A DNA stretch of 64,000 nucleotides from Elusimicrobiota bacterium. Its GTDB lineage: Bacteria > Elusimicrobiota > Elusimicrobia > UBA1565. The stretch is from contig JBDRPD010000022.1 of assembly GCA_043827405.1 (NCBI GenBank), positions 9,169-73,168 of the forward strand. The letters are read 5' to 3'. The first letter of the stretch is position 1. Every line of letters begins with the position of its first letter. The notes beneath the pieces are model-generated. The model did not search any database. It was given only the letters and a program-made list of their open reading frames with translations, and was not told where the DNA came from. Below, piece by piece: positions 40,201 to 45,700 of this stretch. The position numbers were made by a program, and so were the translations under genes.

Positions 40201-41631
40201 CGACATGTGGAAAGGAGACGGCTCGGGCTCGACGGTCGGGGCTGCCGGCGCGGCCGACGCGTCAAAAGCCAGCGGCGCAATAGCCTCTTCCGCGTCCATC
40301 GCCGCATTTTCCGCCGCCTCGGCGGCGGCGTCTTCCTGAGCCCCGACAGCCTCCTCCGCCTCTTTGGCCGCCTGCTCTTCAGCCTTGGCCTCGGCCGTCT
40401 CGGCGCCGTTGATATTCGGCACCAGGTACAGGACTCCCGTATCATCGGTCGTCACGGTATAGGCGCCGTCGTTTACGCCCTGGAGGATCTCCGCCTCGGC
40501 GTCCACCTCGTGGAAGGAGGTGGTCATGAAATTGAAGATATTGAGCTTCTGCTTGGCCTGCGCCGCGCGCGCCACCGCGACCAGCGCCGCGTCCTTCTCC
40601 AGCGTGACCGGATGCCTCTCGGTCAGCGCCTCCTGCTTCTCCTTCTCTTCTTTCTGCTTCGCCTTGCGCTTCTTCCACCACTTCTTGCCGAAGTGCATGG
40701 TGAGGCCGAGCGCCAGCTGAATGCCGATCATGGCCGGCCAGGACAAGCCGCTGAAGATATTGATCGCGGAGAAGACCTCGGTAACCGTGCTCCAGGCTCC
40801 GGACAGGCTGAATTCTCCCAAGGACAGCGCGCCGAGGCCCATAACCGCGGCGCCGCCGAACAAGGCGGTCATGCCTTTTTTGCTTTGCTGCGGCTGGGCC
40901 GCGGGAACCATGGTTTTTGCGGCCCGGCCGGAGATGCTGCCCGCCGGCCGCAGGCCGGAGCGCAGCGGGGCGGCGCCGGAATTCGGCGCCATCTCTACCG
41001 CGTCCGCCTCCGAAATTCCGTTCTCCATTCCCCGCAGGGCGTCGAAGCTCTTGGCGCCCCAGCTCTTGGAAGTGGAGGCCGAGCCGAGAGTTTCCTTGGA
41101 CGGGCTCAGGTAGCGCGATTCTTTGGACTCCGCATCCTTCTTGCCGCGGATGCCGTCAACCAGGATATTGAACAGGCCGCGGGGCGTCTTCTTTCCCGCC
41201 TTTTCCGCGCTTTCCACGCGCTTGAGAATGGAGGTGCTGGCGACGCCCTTAACGTCCTTGACGCGAACCTCTTTGGCCGCCTCGAGAGAGGGAGTGACGC
41301 CGACCGCGGGATTGCCGACCGCGGGCAGCACGGCGGTGAGATTGGCGTTGACGGCCGGAGTCAGGCTTCCCAGCGCCGTGTTGACGTTCCGGATCGCCTG
41401 GACCGGGATCCCGGCGGTGCCCGTCGCGGAACCATTGGCGGCGGCCCGGGGAACGACGATCTTGGCGGCGAGAGCCTCGTAGACGGGAAGGCCGGGAGCG
41501 GTCAGAATCAGCGAACTGCAGACCGCGATCGCGACCGCTTTTTTCGCCCGGCGAGTGCCTCTTGCTTCCACACTATTAGAGTAACAGGACCCCCCATTTT
41601 GCGAATGAGCCCAAAGACTGTTTTTGGACAA
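25264..41631 (-). CDS. Giant 5455-aa envelope protein: signal peptide, TM blocks, coiled coil, putative beta-barrel, about six TolC/OEP-like repeats, C-terminal TM
   Basis: Uninterrupted 16.4-kb ORF. TolC-like motifs: GVTIRLPIYD, AYRNGLIG, SFQDAFNVVSKN, LNYLMGRP, IKALLGLP, ARFERGMTGAAELASSQ. C-terminal KWWPWVLFGSLLLSILAAVWEWLTRRR. Start is TTG 41631 or GTG 41571. Confidence 0.85.
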   Translation of the reverse strand: MSKNSLWAHSQNGGSCYSNSVEARGTRRAKKAVAIAVCSSLILTAPGLPVYEALAAKIVVPRAAANGSATGTAGIPVQAIRNVNTALGSLTPAVNANLTAVLPAVGNPAVGVTPSLEAAKEVRVKDVKGVASTSILKRVESAEKAGKKTPRGLFNILVDGIRGKKDAESKESRYLSPSKETLGSASTSKSWGAKSFDALRGMENGISEADAVEMAPNSGAAPLRSGLRPAGSISGRAAKTMVPAAQPQQSKKGMTALFGGAAVMGLGALSLGEFSLSGAWSTVTEVFSAINIFSGLSWPAMIGIQLALGLTMHFGKKWWKKRKAKQKEEKEKQEALTERHPVTLEKDAALVAVARAAQAKQKLNIFNFMTTSFHEVDAEAEILQGVNDGAYTVTTDDTGVLYLVPNINGAETAEAKAEEQAAKEAEEAVGAQEDAAAEAAENAAMDAEEAIAPLAFDASAAPAAPTVEPEPSPFHMSKAAIYGTMLGTALAFAAALVYPTAALFVPLISWVVGDRLLNGKVMQETEISVGSLYGVAAGTAAAYLAFAVFGAPLTAALALPLAGSAIGFVVEGWLRGRWAKAKKEADRLALEEMEGAAASSAEEAVEDDQVVAEPAPVEETAPVEEPVPAKKAAPVEKKAPVRKQEPVARKGANPSGLAGASPRSFRSLPADARSMKAETLAQAKAKAQIRARRIAKDARLVRVAINLNNPSSRWIFIFHSPKKKKILTVYSKRIVVKPQGKSPLRTKQTLWNSRLASIRSIEDAYTALKQDSHWFKPVRVEIISRWKQDPIYTFIDARGRIRKVAAVLRDDAPGKSKDQPGTKLPAPPKETPPPSKEKPGDEARAPPGDIAKPPSEETSPKTPNPKENSPHIHEGLFGFRSVRGIKHDPHISRLSDSADAPQIISYIARQFNIPHAELMAMAEDYGLSMTSDRAAWLAVYDELQRMNREEFKQLDSKKYEGGLLSETVSRLFVKLGWRKKVAEAGYRKLANRQYPKGLSGALVRALEMHKHLIGIFVRFPYQLFDMFFFGFFRRNITYEFSRSTEDFITLRAQIARKQAEEKGELTETEEMRLPTAEKWIKGAMAKHQRRGVGLKENIYAGRGARLLRRYFLTPVFGPLVQFVWRRATLAIFSAVAMGLIAGLTPLPVLSFHLTAVPFLGDALVAFGHGLPLFLSAVPFVGESLAAVTGSALNAVISDLSVGALLNTFALSTLLTFPAVAKQRLMDQRGMAHRLPPLLSADFILGVAGTAISWSFWSKNLKSMFGLMVVGAEIEGVMSYAGEIDGFFNTAYQPLTGSEFRLFHTIGAAVERPEGDSPIPFGGAITWGNILIYKLQDLAGFNITDAVYNVVRHGVYGVHGLEPGSAIEVAMAGNSTPLGPMAAGQSVVASIVGMASRGGGGPEGFVLGARKEMEARKLQAQDEAGDLEREITRVKQRIAELEATLLQKTQERDQLKEMSLSPAEAAKQEAEYRAALEKLESKRDEDYVQGKLAEIFDLQNPADDPASRKEYEAQRIAKLTELQAYYASLLGTEVNQSLGYSDSLGLRKAVLESLAGAVERYRDGTSRRRPDLGAVKSVDQVTEKRLESMVSELEDLRGEVKGDLVNRDALAKLFAVINRSRDTALRDRRGGKEMLEFHKNLAKLATVMDLALSLNEVAAAQAAIKQMEQMLDAKLQKIRQTREQAERDLRDAETNDGRNEEWERDAEGKIADSARSKTDMEELESQTRSAVENIGAFRTEAKALLGRIDAEDAGQSPNALAEYQRRKALLPELVKWYTDGKPGDEDFLSLKELNSKLADVQGYVDSVDEGLDKIRDVPVEFAGVLVIAVPGVPDVSVNNPSEAQTLQILADRKAHWLAELEDYKETRDEFRNRQSATYSGLDTDDFGDFYPLSLPKRLAQAESDIAKHSADARGLLTRMDREAAYINQYVPGAALPALSGMSLEQLKDAVQAYKDQLKTLSFPSDTSNEIAEAKMSLLKIAQLLPQAARSVVLWAKADAQVEPIQDALRSPVPQAVSVYDQGVSVIQELIADIDKDIADVKAGFPDKQGLIDRKKALLEKVRPILLEAKGMITGHAIPFQNDSIESFDPNGDTYAKLFQSQIDLYEGTKETLERTVPWSLASNGAKEGDAADGMAKIQKQRERFLELLNGYDNADGHHDGVNELLSDLERRKDPNNNDSEEIYGRVQPYSLPKAIAQNQAEKVKRSQQINAKHAEINDIFDRIERLTNGEVKLSQYRLPTNIAADGQASVDAVQRLVDDGIYYTLGDLLTDIGNEYKNKGDPVLDMGDREGVPEGKQPDPTLDNNTTIALMALEAAKRLVPSTNQVNNVDDGSAAYAVAEFLFADGFIDGASKNLYERIPVAEVFLKQAQAGLNTAIADLQKDEAYVRADGASETSDQVFDRKLAIYGQLNALTRAGVGFYGQKVGWDTEGLDTVKRVKDFYEAQKKIHDKAVTAADSEEEAILKFKDALKETYDDLEEQRVKLTRWMSQLNDPHESALRRVADNLRELQDKTRAVLEQNLQYHDIKARYERANDSLDYSLRRADKVQRALARELRELRDPGGLSPALAKRIQDLRINGGMYMMEGLDTSGATAALVVPKKDFGSFVETLFTGFLERASSGVNLAGLQKRLLEDPSQISSIIPNTEMLEFGDADGFYLVYQSQFSVPHGLETSNWVTLGNVAKLWGNNISVTGYQFASPVNDENAPWGDKGVEVQVESLQGKNWVNYLNIDFHRFIQNIPADTQMTSQAQQSRMMVFDDFAMMLFDGKLYIGLAGFADIATSDTKNKPSYYGGSIKTEWKFHEVMSLSAEQQRVAAKDPRYFLQTMNLDFTGLDPDLNRDFVIEANGENKDYKRTQIGPKFNVAKLLKSEETFSVDLFWARVEGTDDYNQDSVGVTVLKGFTIKDDKGKPWMIIQNRAGFEKGERFGTLSDRVSVTLPNWGVVVNAEGRLVGDAKTYFLELAKKTGDHSNISLSYGSRYVGQEPRLTIGLNSAFTLGELWSAVTRNTADALEGSSALKKYNRELDGFLKDEAADAGKVKELRSVFLRDIGTKLIKQDIGNLTKEIEELRKAGAFLDNTRVRGMVGFTTNPIGDDLSDRVVGGGFAAGTHTTMELSKTQKALIEAKVQNLYRESLRLQFRMLELTRQWQQTVVDIAQAQWELKMAHAMAEHAPTEALRREGAVLEAEAELRLQQASIRYNMLSGRDPKAALPFDNLSAGDVQSLLSEIKSIIATPDRMVKILHMLDKEEIAKEIGDNPFNLVDWIPWVDKLTFSFGAQFHDYMANQVLGLGVTIRLPIYDPASKEHDKAYILESQATVREIEGVWQEYSLRAAKERQRAEAWFADADNLAPGARKSQLALDTAIKAYRNGLIGEKRMREAFDQWHWYVAGILESESKGMLAAGWSVLDRSFGRAPTGGSDPLLVDSFQDAFNVVSKNARSLEEVGLREQAAAHRTAANDHRIKRFYIDLFAGYNLTADGVGWLPSFGVTGLAVTPILTFELKPEELRELQTAQGRSEEKYFNQFKTKVEADLALDIYRHVVAIDHAGQSVQILEGEIIPELRRQLAAAQRDAAKGDPEGNVPRLQRELDIASRRLIMARQIYQQSFMTLNYLMGRPEGAPLDMELTPQKALADLKAILAKKEPAAADKAILDSRVEVARAVEQMVDKDLKLQQVRVEPVSLVVRSLGRLLSALSDEGIGNPERVAAARIQTLDAERARDAYDRARAVSYRQVQAELKSAESALARLNGRTDPESRLRAVELNNKLFVLKANLARLGAEPEDAVVGTLPASYRDLTARVMDAEQDLASAGREADIEVFAPELLEQKSSGYARYYRARTSLGGDPIGENYIDTWVEVRLRDPETPAEVLLALAKLRVDKATRINRNMNAAARSSGQILLSEFETNVRLQRWAESMRRDPRAEKLADNLDQFRSDINDRLAIQADRIKALLGLPRDVTPAQLARLVPADQGGDSGDLGRIAARFISQVEALNIDQIRRTLFDGGIPAALGSEDGLIHQIRADVIAERMSYNGFTPVAAFGIFRARSVGAFYMEAPDPRSIERGLEQVLSESLRKELMSQGRMQELAQQLHLLMNAVAEKSKLVEKQHRLILAAADEFQASLARFERGMTGAAELASSQQALVDALLEFSKTVAELKNDFIKLVTELEAIGFPAQKLIVPSARALELAGAEKGRTEQERMLSYASRRVLDAGFAQRLLDKLATLRSLAPEARRDLDAASSLYRMIHEAAEAARYHPEIDAAHKLEVLTKLDAEGRRLQVEGVLGRIFAALSVDPAGRTEFLNFLMQDIEGQITAADGAVAHNDGLLMSMREAYADSLDLPFALQGAVMRLEKLYRARLDAKQTLLEDYMLNLRGAADFIMRDIALDTYLKAEAAYDAEVLKTYEHESVAGDSSMIRYLASLYPPTVSIERAKSELRFGRAMPALEALIMLEEGRLKALRYEHASARDINEVLNVLGYLQGLRERWLARDPGELSPLYAVTEVVGDRRLWTTQGWFTQEDVNRLLEAKQIHKDADGRMWLLDGKRRLEVIGGVDSALGKSSSARRALDGNTVRLQLHKLFATSEFALVRLDGAGVRAFSYEEALAVAVKGAMFSFTRDSGRYELHPARHPLKALWSDPANTETVLYTGGESYSRDRFPTIESLYDHVKRLRLSDSAADRREAEYFHFLEAGPKGVEKMIEYAREHKVRSQRRGWMGVKLQSYGFAVEQGAEPAAMYLTQDDFNEAVRSLQESVRIFAETRGVVEAAKSAEDAARGKMDAQKERLDAEHAQYQQVQKTVRDRIEREMRGSYTRRAGEPAEDFASRFKAELNARTVKDDGFIDAQQAHAKELDKFNKLHQDFRDKYRKFDQALEDLTQTGLLMARGGQWEAQGQAYLEALRRAGVPEEIDPVRPDKLSIPGEAKKLSGVQQWRLYVTRDTSITVDERNSLVRVAAKPVFGEQELSVGLGAAQGKTRTVRGEIFAAVMDTDQTLVKIYLDPEAVEKAGEDWALADQMIVLSHEDPQQAHDRIVRERGDGKTVDPNYRLRYYVDPESKLPVMLNRRYMISRLVDSGREKAGVESWAYSPWNWGSLLMEIPRGVLGTPMELLTGRDPNQHNYLGRVHMQKIEGGATNHHGFFRRAVGFIDFLDLMPDPVDWYFDASQFPQQVGIDSPIKPGENIYDKDSRAGKKDIHYGRKYVERTMVYELEDLVNAGKRVRSYFEGGLEDVWLETRRGRDRSVITSRVKESYGRDALEDALDDPMIGSHPNSDGSGRVRIGGIPGHIEVDRIERNVQIRPGAGQYGKIESELSALPDRLSDDLRNQRGSRAGLEQVLAAAERELRDGIGRRRAVGAEERKLWDEIQDLAWKVGRQRAIERAIAGLDKEIGAIRDELGRLRKYLAELERRREEQEGNDPSRPGDPTKWWPWVLFGSLLLSILAAVWEWLTRRRMRQSSPPPPAPALS

Positions 41632-41637
41632 AAAAAT

Positions 41638-41665
41638 GGCCCACGGTCATATGGGACCATGGGCC
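41638..41665. repeat. Inverted repeat GGCCCACGGTC / GACCATGGGCC just upstream of the giant gene
   Basis: 11-bp arms with one mismatch and a 6-nt loop. Confidence 0.55.
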
Positions 41666-41672
41666 CTGCGGC

Positions 41673-41687
41673 AAAGGTGTCAGACTT
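41673..41687 (+). promoter_or_regulatory. Motif AAAGGTGTCAGACTT (REP-like site or operator)
   Basis: Core GGTGTCAGAC (41676-41685) is the perfect reverse complement of 42672-42681; the 15-mer matches 42701-42715 at 13/15. Confidence 0.6.
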
Positions 41688-41710
41688 TTAGGATTTCGCT
41701 CTAAAAAACA

Positions 41711-42613
41711 TCAGTTTTTGGAAACTCCGGAAGTTTCTATCGAGCGAATCAGCTGGCTAACCGCGGAAGGCGTCCGATTAAACATCCGGCTGATCTCGGT
41801 AACCCCCATCTGGGCCTCTTTCCACAGCCGGTAAATCGCCTCTTTGCGCACCGTGGATATTTCGCGCCACTGGCTGCGCCCGAAGAGCTTTTCCTGATCG
41901 ACGCCATGTTTGGCCTGAACTTCCGCCATGATAACGTCCGCCGAGACGCCGTCCGAACCGCCCTCGTCCTTGGACAGCCCGCCGAACAGCTGCTGAATAT
42001 TCTGGATGAAGTCATCGCTGCCGATATAGAGACCGCGAACCTTGGGCGGTTCGATATCGGCCTGCCGGCTTCGCTCCTTGATGAACTGCATATAGCGCAC
42101 CGACTTCTTCAGGCGGCTGCCGGAAAACGACTTGAGCGCCAGGTCCGAGTCCACCAGCGGCTCGCGGTTTTCAGATTCCACATACGCGGGGCACGATGAC
42201 CATTGATAGCGCCACGGGCGCTCCTTCATCCCGTCGCGCATGGGCGCGAGGTGAATATAGCGTGTCAGCTCCAGCAGGTAGTTCTCCGTATCCACGATCA
42301 GCGCCTTGTAGCGGCCCTGGAAGACATGGCCGATGGTATTGTGCTTCTGGTTAAAGTATTTCGTATACGCGGTATTAAAGCCCTGCATGACTTTCGACAG
42401 GTTCGGCTGGCCCGTCTCAATAAGCAGGTGCACGTAGTTGTTCATCAGCGCATAGGCGTAGACCTTCAGATCATAGCGGTCCTTGTAGCCCTTGAGCAGG
42501 GAAAGGAAGTAGCGCCGATCCTGGTTGCCCATAAAAATATCCTGGCGGTTGTTGCCCTGGAGCATGATGTGATAGCAGGCTCCGGCAAATTGTATGCGGT
42601 TGGGTCGTCCCAT
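41711..42613 (-). CDS. REP-associated (RAYT/Y1) tyrosine transposase-like protein with C-terminal HTH; HUH motif altered
   Basis: YHIMLQGNNRQDIF, AYALMNNYVHLLIET, GHVFQGRYKA, RYIHLAP, YQWSS; C-terminal DnaA-like HTH (R..AIYRL...GVTEISRMFNRTPSAVS). Start at ATG 42613. Confidence 0.85.
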   Translation of the reverse strand: MGRPNRIQFAGACYHIMLQGNNRQDIFMGNQDRRYFLSLLKGYKDRYDLKVYAYALMNNYVHLLIETGQPNLSKVMQGFNTAYTKYFNQKHNTIGHVFQGRYKALIVDTENYLLELTRYIHLAPMRDGMKERPWRYQWSSCPAYVESENREPLVDSDLALKSFSGSRLKKSVRYMQFIKERSRQADIEPPKVRGLYIGSDDFIQNIQQLFGGLSKDEGGSDGVSADVIMAEVQAKHGVDQEKLFGRSQWREISTVRKEAIYRLWKEAQMGVTEISRMFNRTPSAVSQLIRSIETSGVSKN

Positions 42614-42647
42614 ATAAGTTCTCCGTGCGGCTCGTGTAATTGCCGAT

Positions 42648-42715
42648 ACTATAGCAAATTTACATCCTAATGTCTGACACCCGCGTAAAAAGTTAAACAA
42701 AAAGGTGCCTGACTT
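42648..42715 (-). promoter_or_regulatory. Promoter of the RAYT-like gene with two motif copies
   Basis: TG-C-TATAGT extended -10 at 42656-42648. GGTGTCAGAC at 42681-42672 covers the -35 position; a second copy, AAAGGTGCCTGACTT, is at 42701-42715. Confidence 0.5.
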
Positions 42716-42790
42716 ATACTGAGTCGAACAGGTCCTTTTTCAATCTATTACGGCCCAGTCTGTTTTAGGCCCTAGGTCCTCGGAAGAACG

Positions 42791-45700
42791 TCAATGGGTG
42801 GATGGATGCATGCCGCGCATCAGCCAATTGAACATGGCTTGATCCTGCAGCACGCTGGCGGAGCGCAGCTGATCCTTTTCAACCTCAAGCTTCTGGGCAT
42901 CGAGGTTGCGCTCGACCGTCCGGTTGTAGTTGTCGATCATCTTTTTGTGGCCCCGGGTCACATTGTCGAGCGGGCCCCGGGTCTCGGCGAACCGCACCTT
43001 CTCCTTGAGCGACTCGATGTAGTTATGGATATCGACCCATTCCGGATGGATATTGCCGCGCCGGTTGGCGTTCTGCACCACTTCGGGACGCTGCCGCAGC
43101 TGGGTCATGAGCGGCTCGTCGCGCAGCATCTTAAGGAAGACCACTTCCTTGGAGGATGACGGGACATCCATCACCACGCGGAAATTACGGATCGAACCTT
43201 CTTTGACGCGGCCGACATCGATACGGCCCTGAGCCTGCAGGAAGTGCGCCTCGGAGGCGACCTGGGGATCATGGAGCTGCATCTCGAAACGCTTGTAGCC
43301 GCCGAACGGCCCCTTCCCGCGCTGGCCCTTGAAGTTCAGGTCCAGGCCGCGGCCGCCGACCCGGGTATCCAGGATCAGGACCTTGGCCGTGCCGGGCGTC
43401 AGGGCATCGAGGTTCATCTGGTCGCCCACCCGAGCCTTCGGCATCTGCGTGCGCAGCAGCTCGGCGTCCGAGAACACCTTGGTGATATGCCCCTGCTTGA
43501 GCTTTACGGTGTAGGAGCCGTTCTTGAGGCTGACGTCATAGCCGCTGCTCATCAGCGACCTAAGCACTCTGGGCGACACCTCGGAGCTCGTGAAGCTGAC
43601 GCCGTTGCGGGTCAGGATTTTCTGCACCTGCTTGACGACCCGGGTATCCGCCAGGCTCAGGACCAGCAGCGAGTCGGCCTGGCCGCCGGCGTCGATCATC
43701 TGGAAGTCGTGGAGCATATTGCGGCGCAGCCCCTGGGTGATCGACTTCATCTTGCCCGACGGCGAGGCGTGAATTTCCAGCTGCAGGTTCTCGGCCCCGG
43801 TAGAACCGACGCCGACCAGCGAGGATTTGTAAGGTTCGACGCTGGCGCGGAACTCCTTGCCGGCGGTACCGGAGAAGCCGATGAAGCGCACCTTGGTATT
43901 CTGCGTCACGTCGCGGATGGTGGCGATGGTCTGCGAGTCATAAGGCAAAGTCAGGTCGGCGCCGTACTCCAGCTCCCAGAAGCGCCGCGTCGGGGTGTCC
44001 ATCGATTCGAACCACTGGCCGTTGTGCACGACATTGACGGCGTCGTTGACGTGATCCATACGGATCGTCCGCGAATTCTCGACGTAGCCGTTGGCGAGGT
44101 TGAACAGCTCTCCCTGCACGAAACTCTGGGTCCGCAGGTTGCCGTAGCCGATGCCCTTGGAGAACAGCACGTCCGGCAGGATCTTCCAGAACATGCGCCA
44201 GCGCACCTGGGGAGTGATCAGGGGCTCATTAAGGAAAGCTTTGAGCAGGCGGCGCGAGTAGTACCGCGTCAGCCCCTCCTTGGGCCCCACGATGCCCTCC
44301 CACTTGGCATCGGCCCAGGCGCCAAGGTTCTGCACCGGAGGAGCGCGGCTCAGCCCCGGCAGGTTCGCGAGCTTGGATATCGCCAGCAGCGGGCTGGCGC
44401 GCAGATGCGTCCAGGCCATCTCGGGCACGCTGACGCCGTCCATGCGCTGGCGCAGGATGGTCTCGGCCTTCTCCGGCGTCATCTTCAGACGCAGCTTCTC
44501 GGTCTGCCAACGCCGCGCGCCGTTGGAGAGCTCCCGGTTTATCGCCGTTACCTGGGACCGCACATTGCCGACCTGGTCCCAGCCTTCGGCAAGCTGCGCC
44601 AGATCGGCCCGCACATCCTTCGCCAGCTTTTCGGCGCCCGCCTTATAGCCGTCCAGCTTCGCATCCATGCGCGTATGCCGGCCCGTATTGAATTCCCGCA
44701 TCTGACTATTGATGTTCAGGAGTTCCTTATTGGCCGACTTAAGCCCCTCCTGCGCATCCTTAAGCCGGGCCTTCAGCACCTTGCTGCCGGGCTTGAGCTG
44801 CATGTCCTGTTCCGCCGCGCGCAGCGTATCGTAGGCCTTGTCGACGACCTCCTGCTGCTTGGTGCCGGTCTCCATCAAGCTCTTGTGCCGGGCTTCCAGC
44901 GCCTCGGTCTCGAAGCGCTGCATCTTCCGGTGCTCGGCGGCCATGTTGCGGGTGTTCTGGTTGAGCTTTTCGAGAACGGCCTCGGCCTTCCTGATGCGTG
45001 AGTCGATGCTATTGCCGCCCTTGCCGTCAGCCTTCATCTCCTTGAGCTTCTTAACCAAAGCCTTGGCATGCTTGCGCGGAGCGCTGGCGTTTTCACTCAT
45101 AGTGTGCCGAGCGGCGCGCGGCGAATGCTCCAGCGTCTGAAACAGCTGGGTGGTGCGGGTCTTGGAATACACGTGCGAGTACATGCTGTCGCGCATCTCG
45201 CGGAAGATTTCGTAAACCGGGTTTTCCTTCTCCACCGCCCTCTCCACCAGCTGCTCGCGGCGCTTGAGCAGCTCGCGCGCCCGCACTTCCCAGCCTTCCC
45301 CGCCGTCCTTGAGGACCTGGTCGATCTGCTTGGAGTTGGCTTTAAGGGCCTCGCGTGCGGTCTTGCCGTCGGCTAGAGTCCGCTGCGCCTGGGCCTCAAT
45401 GCGCTCGGCGCGCAGCCCGCTCTCCCTAAGCGTCCGCTCCGCCTCGACGGTTTTACCCTGCTGGCGCAGAGTCTTCGCCGCCGCCGCGCCGTCCTTGCGC
45501 GCCTGCTTGGCCATATTCCGCAGGTCCTTGACGATCTTGGTCCCTCGCGGGTCGGTCTGCGCCAGCACCGAGCGCTCGGTCTTCATCATGTCCTTGTGCA
45601 GGCTGATGGCGTTGTCGCGGTCAATGCCGACAATTTCCTTGCGCCGCTGAAGGATGTCCTGAATCTCGGCGTCGGAACTCTTGAAGTCCTTGGCGACCTC

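Noticed and set aside
41676..42681. Active IS element bounded by 10-bp terminal inverted repeats
   Set aside because: Y1/HUH transposases do not use TIR/TSD chemistry, no target duplication was seen, the HUH motif is broken, and further motif copies lie outside the pair.
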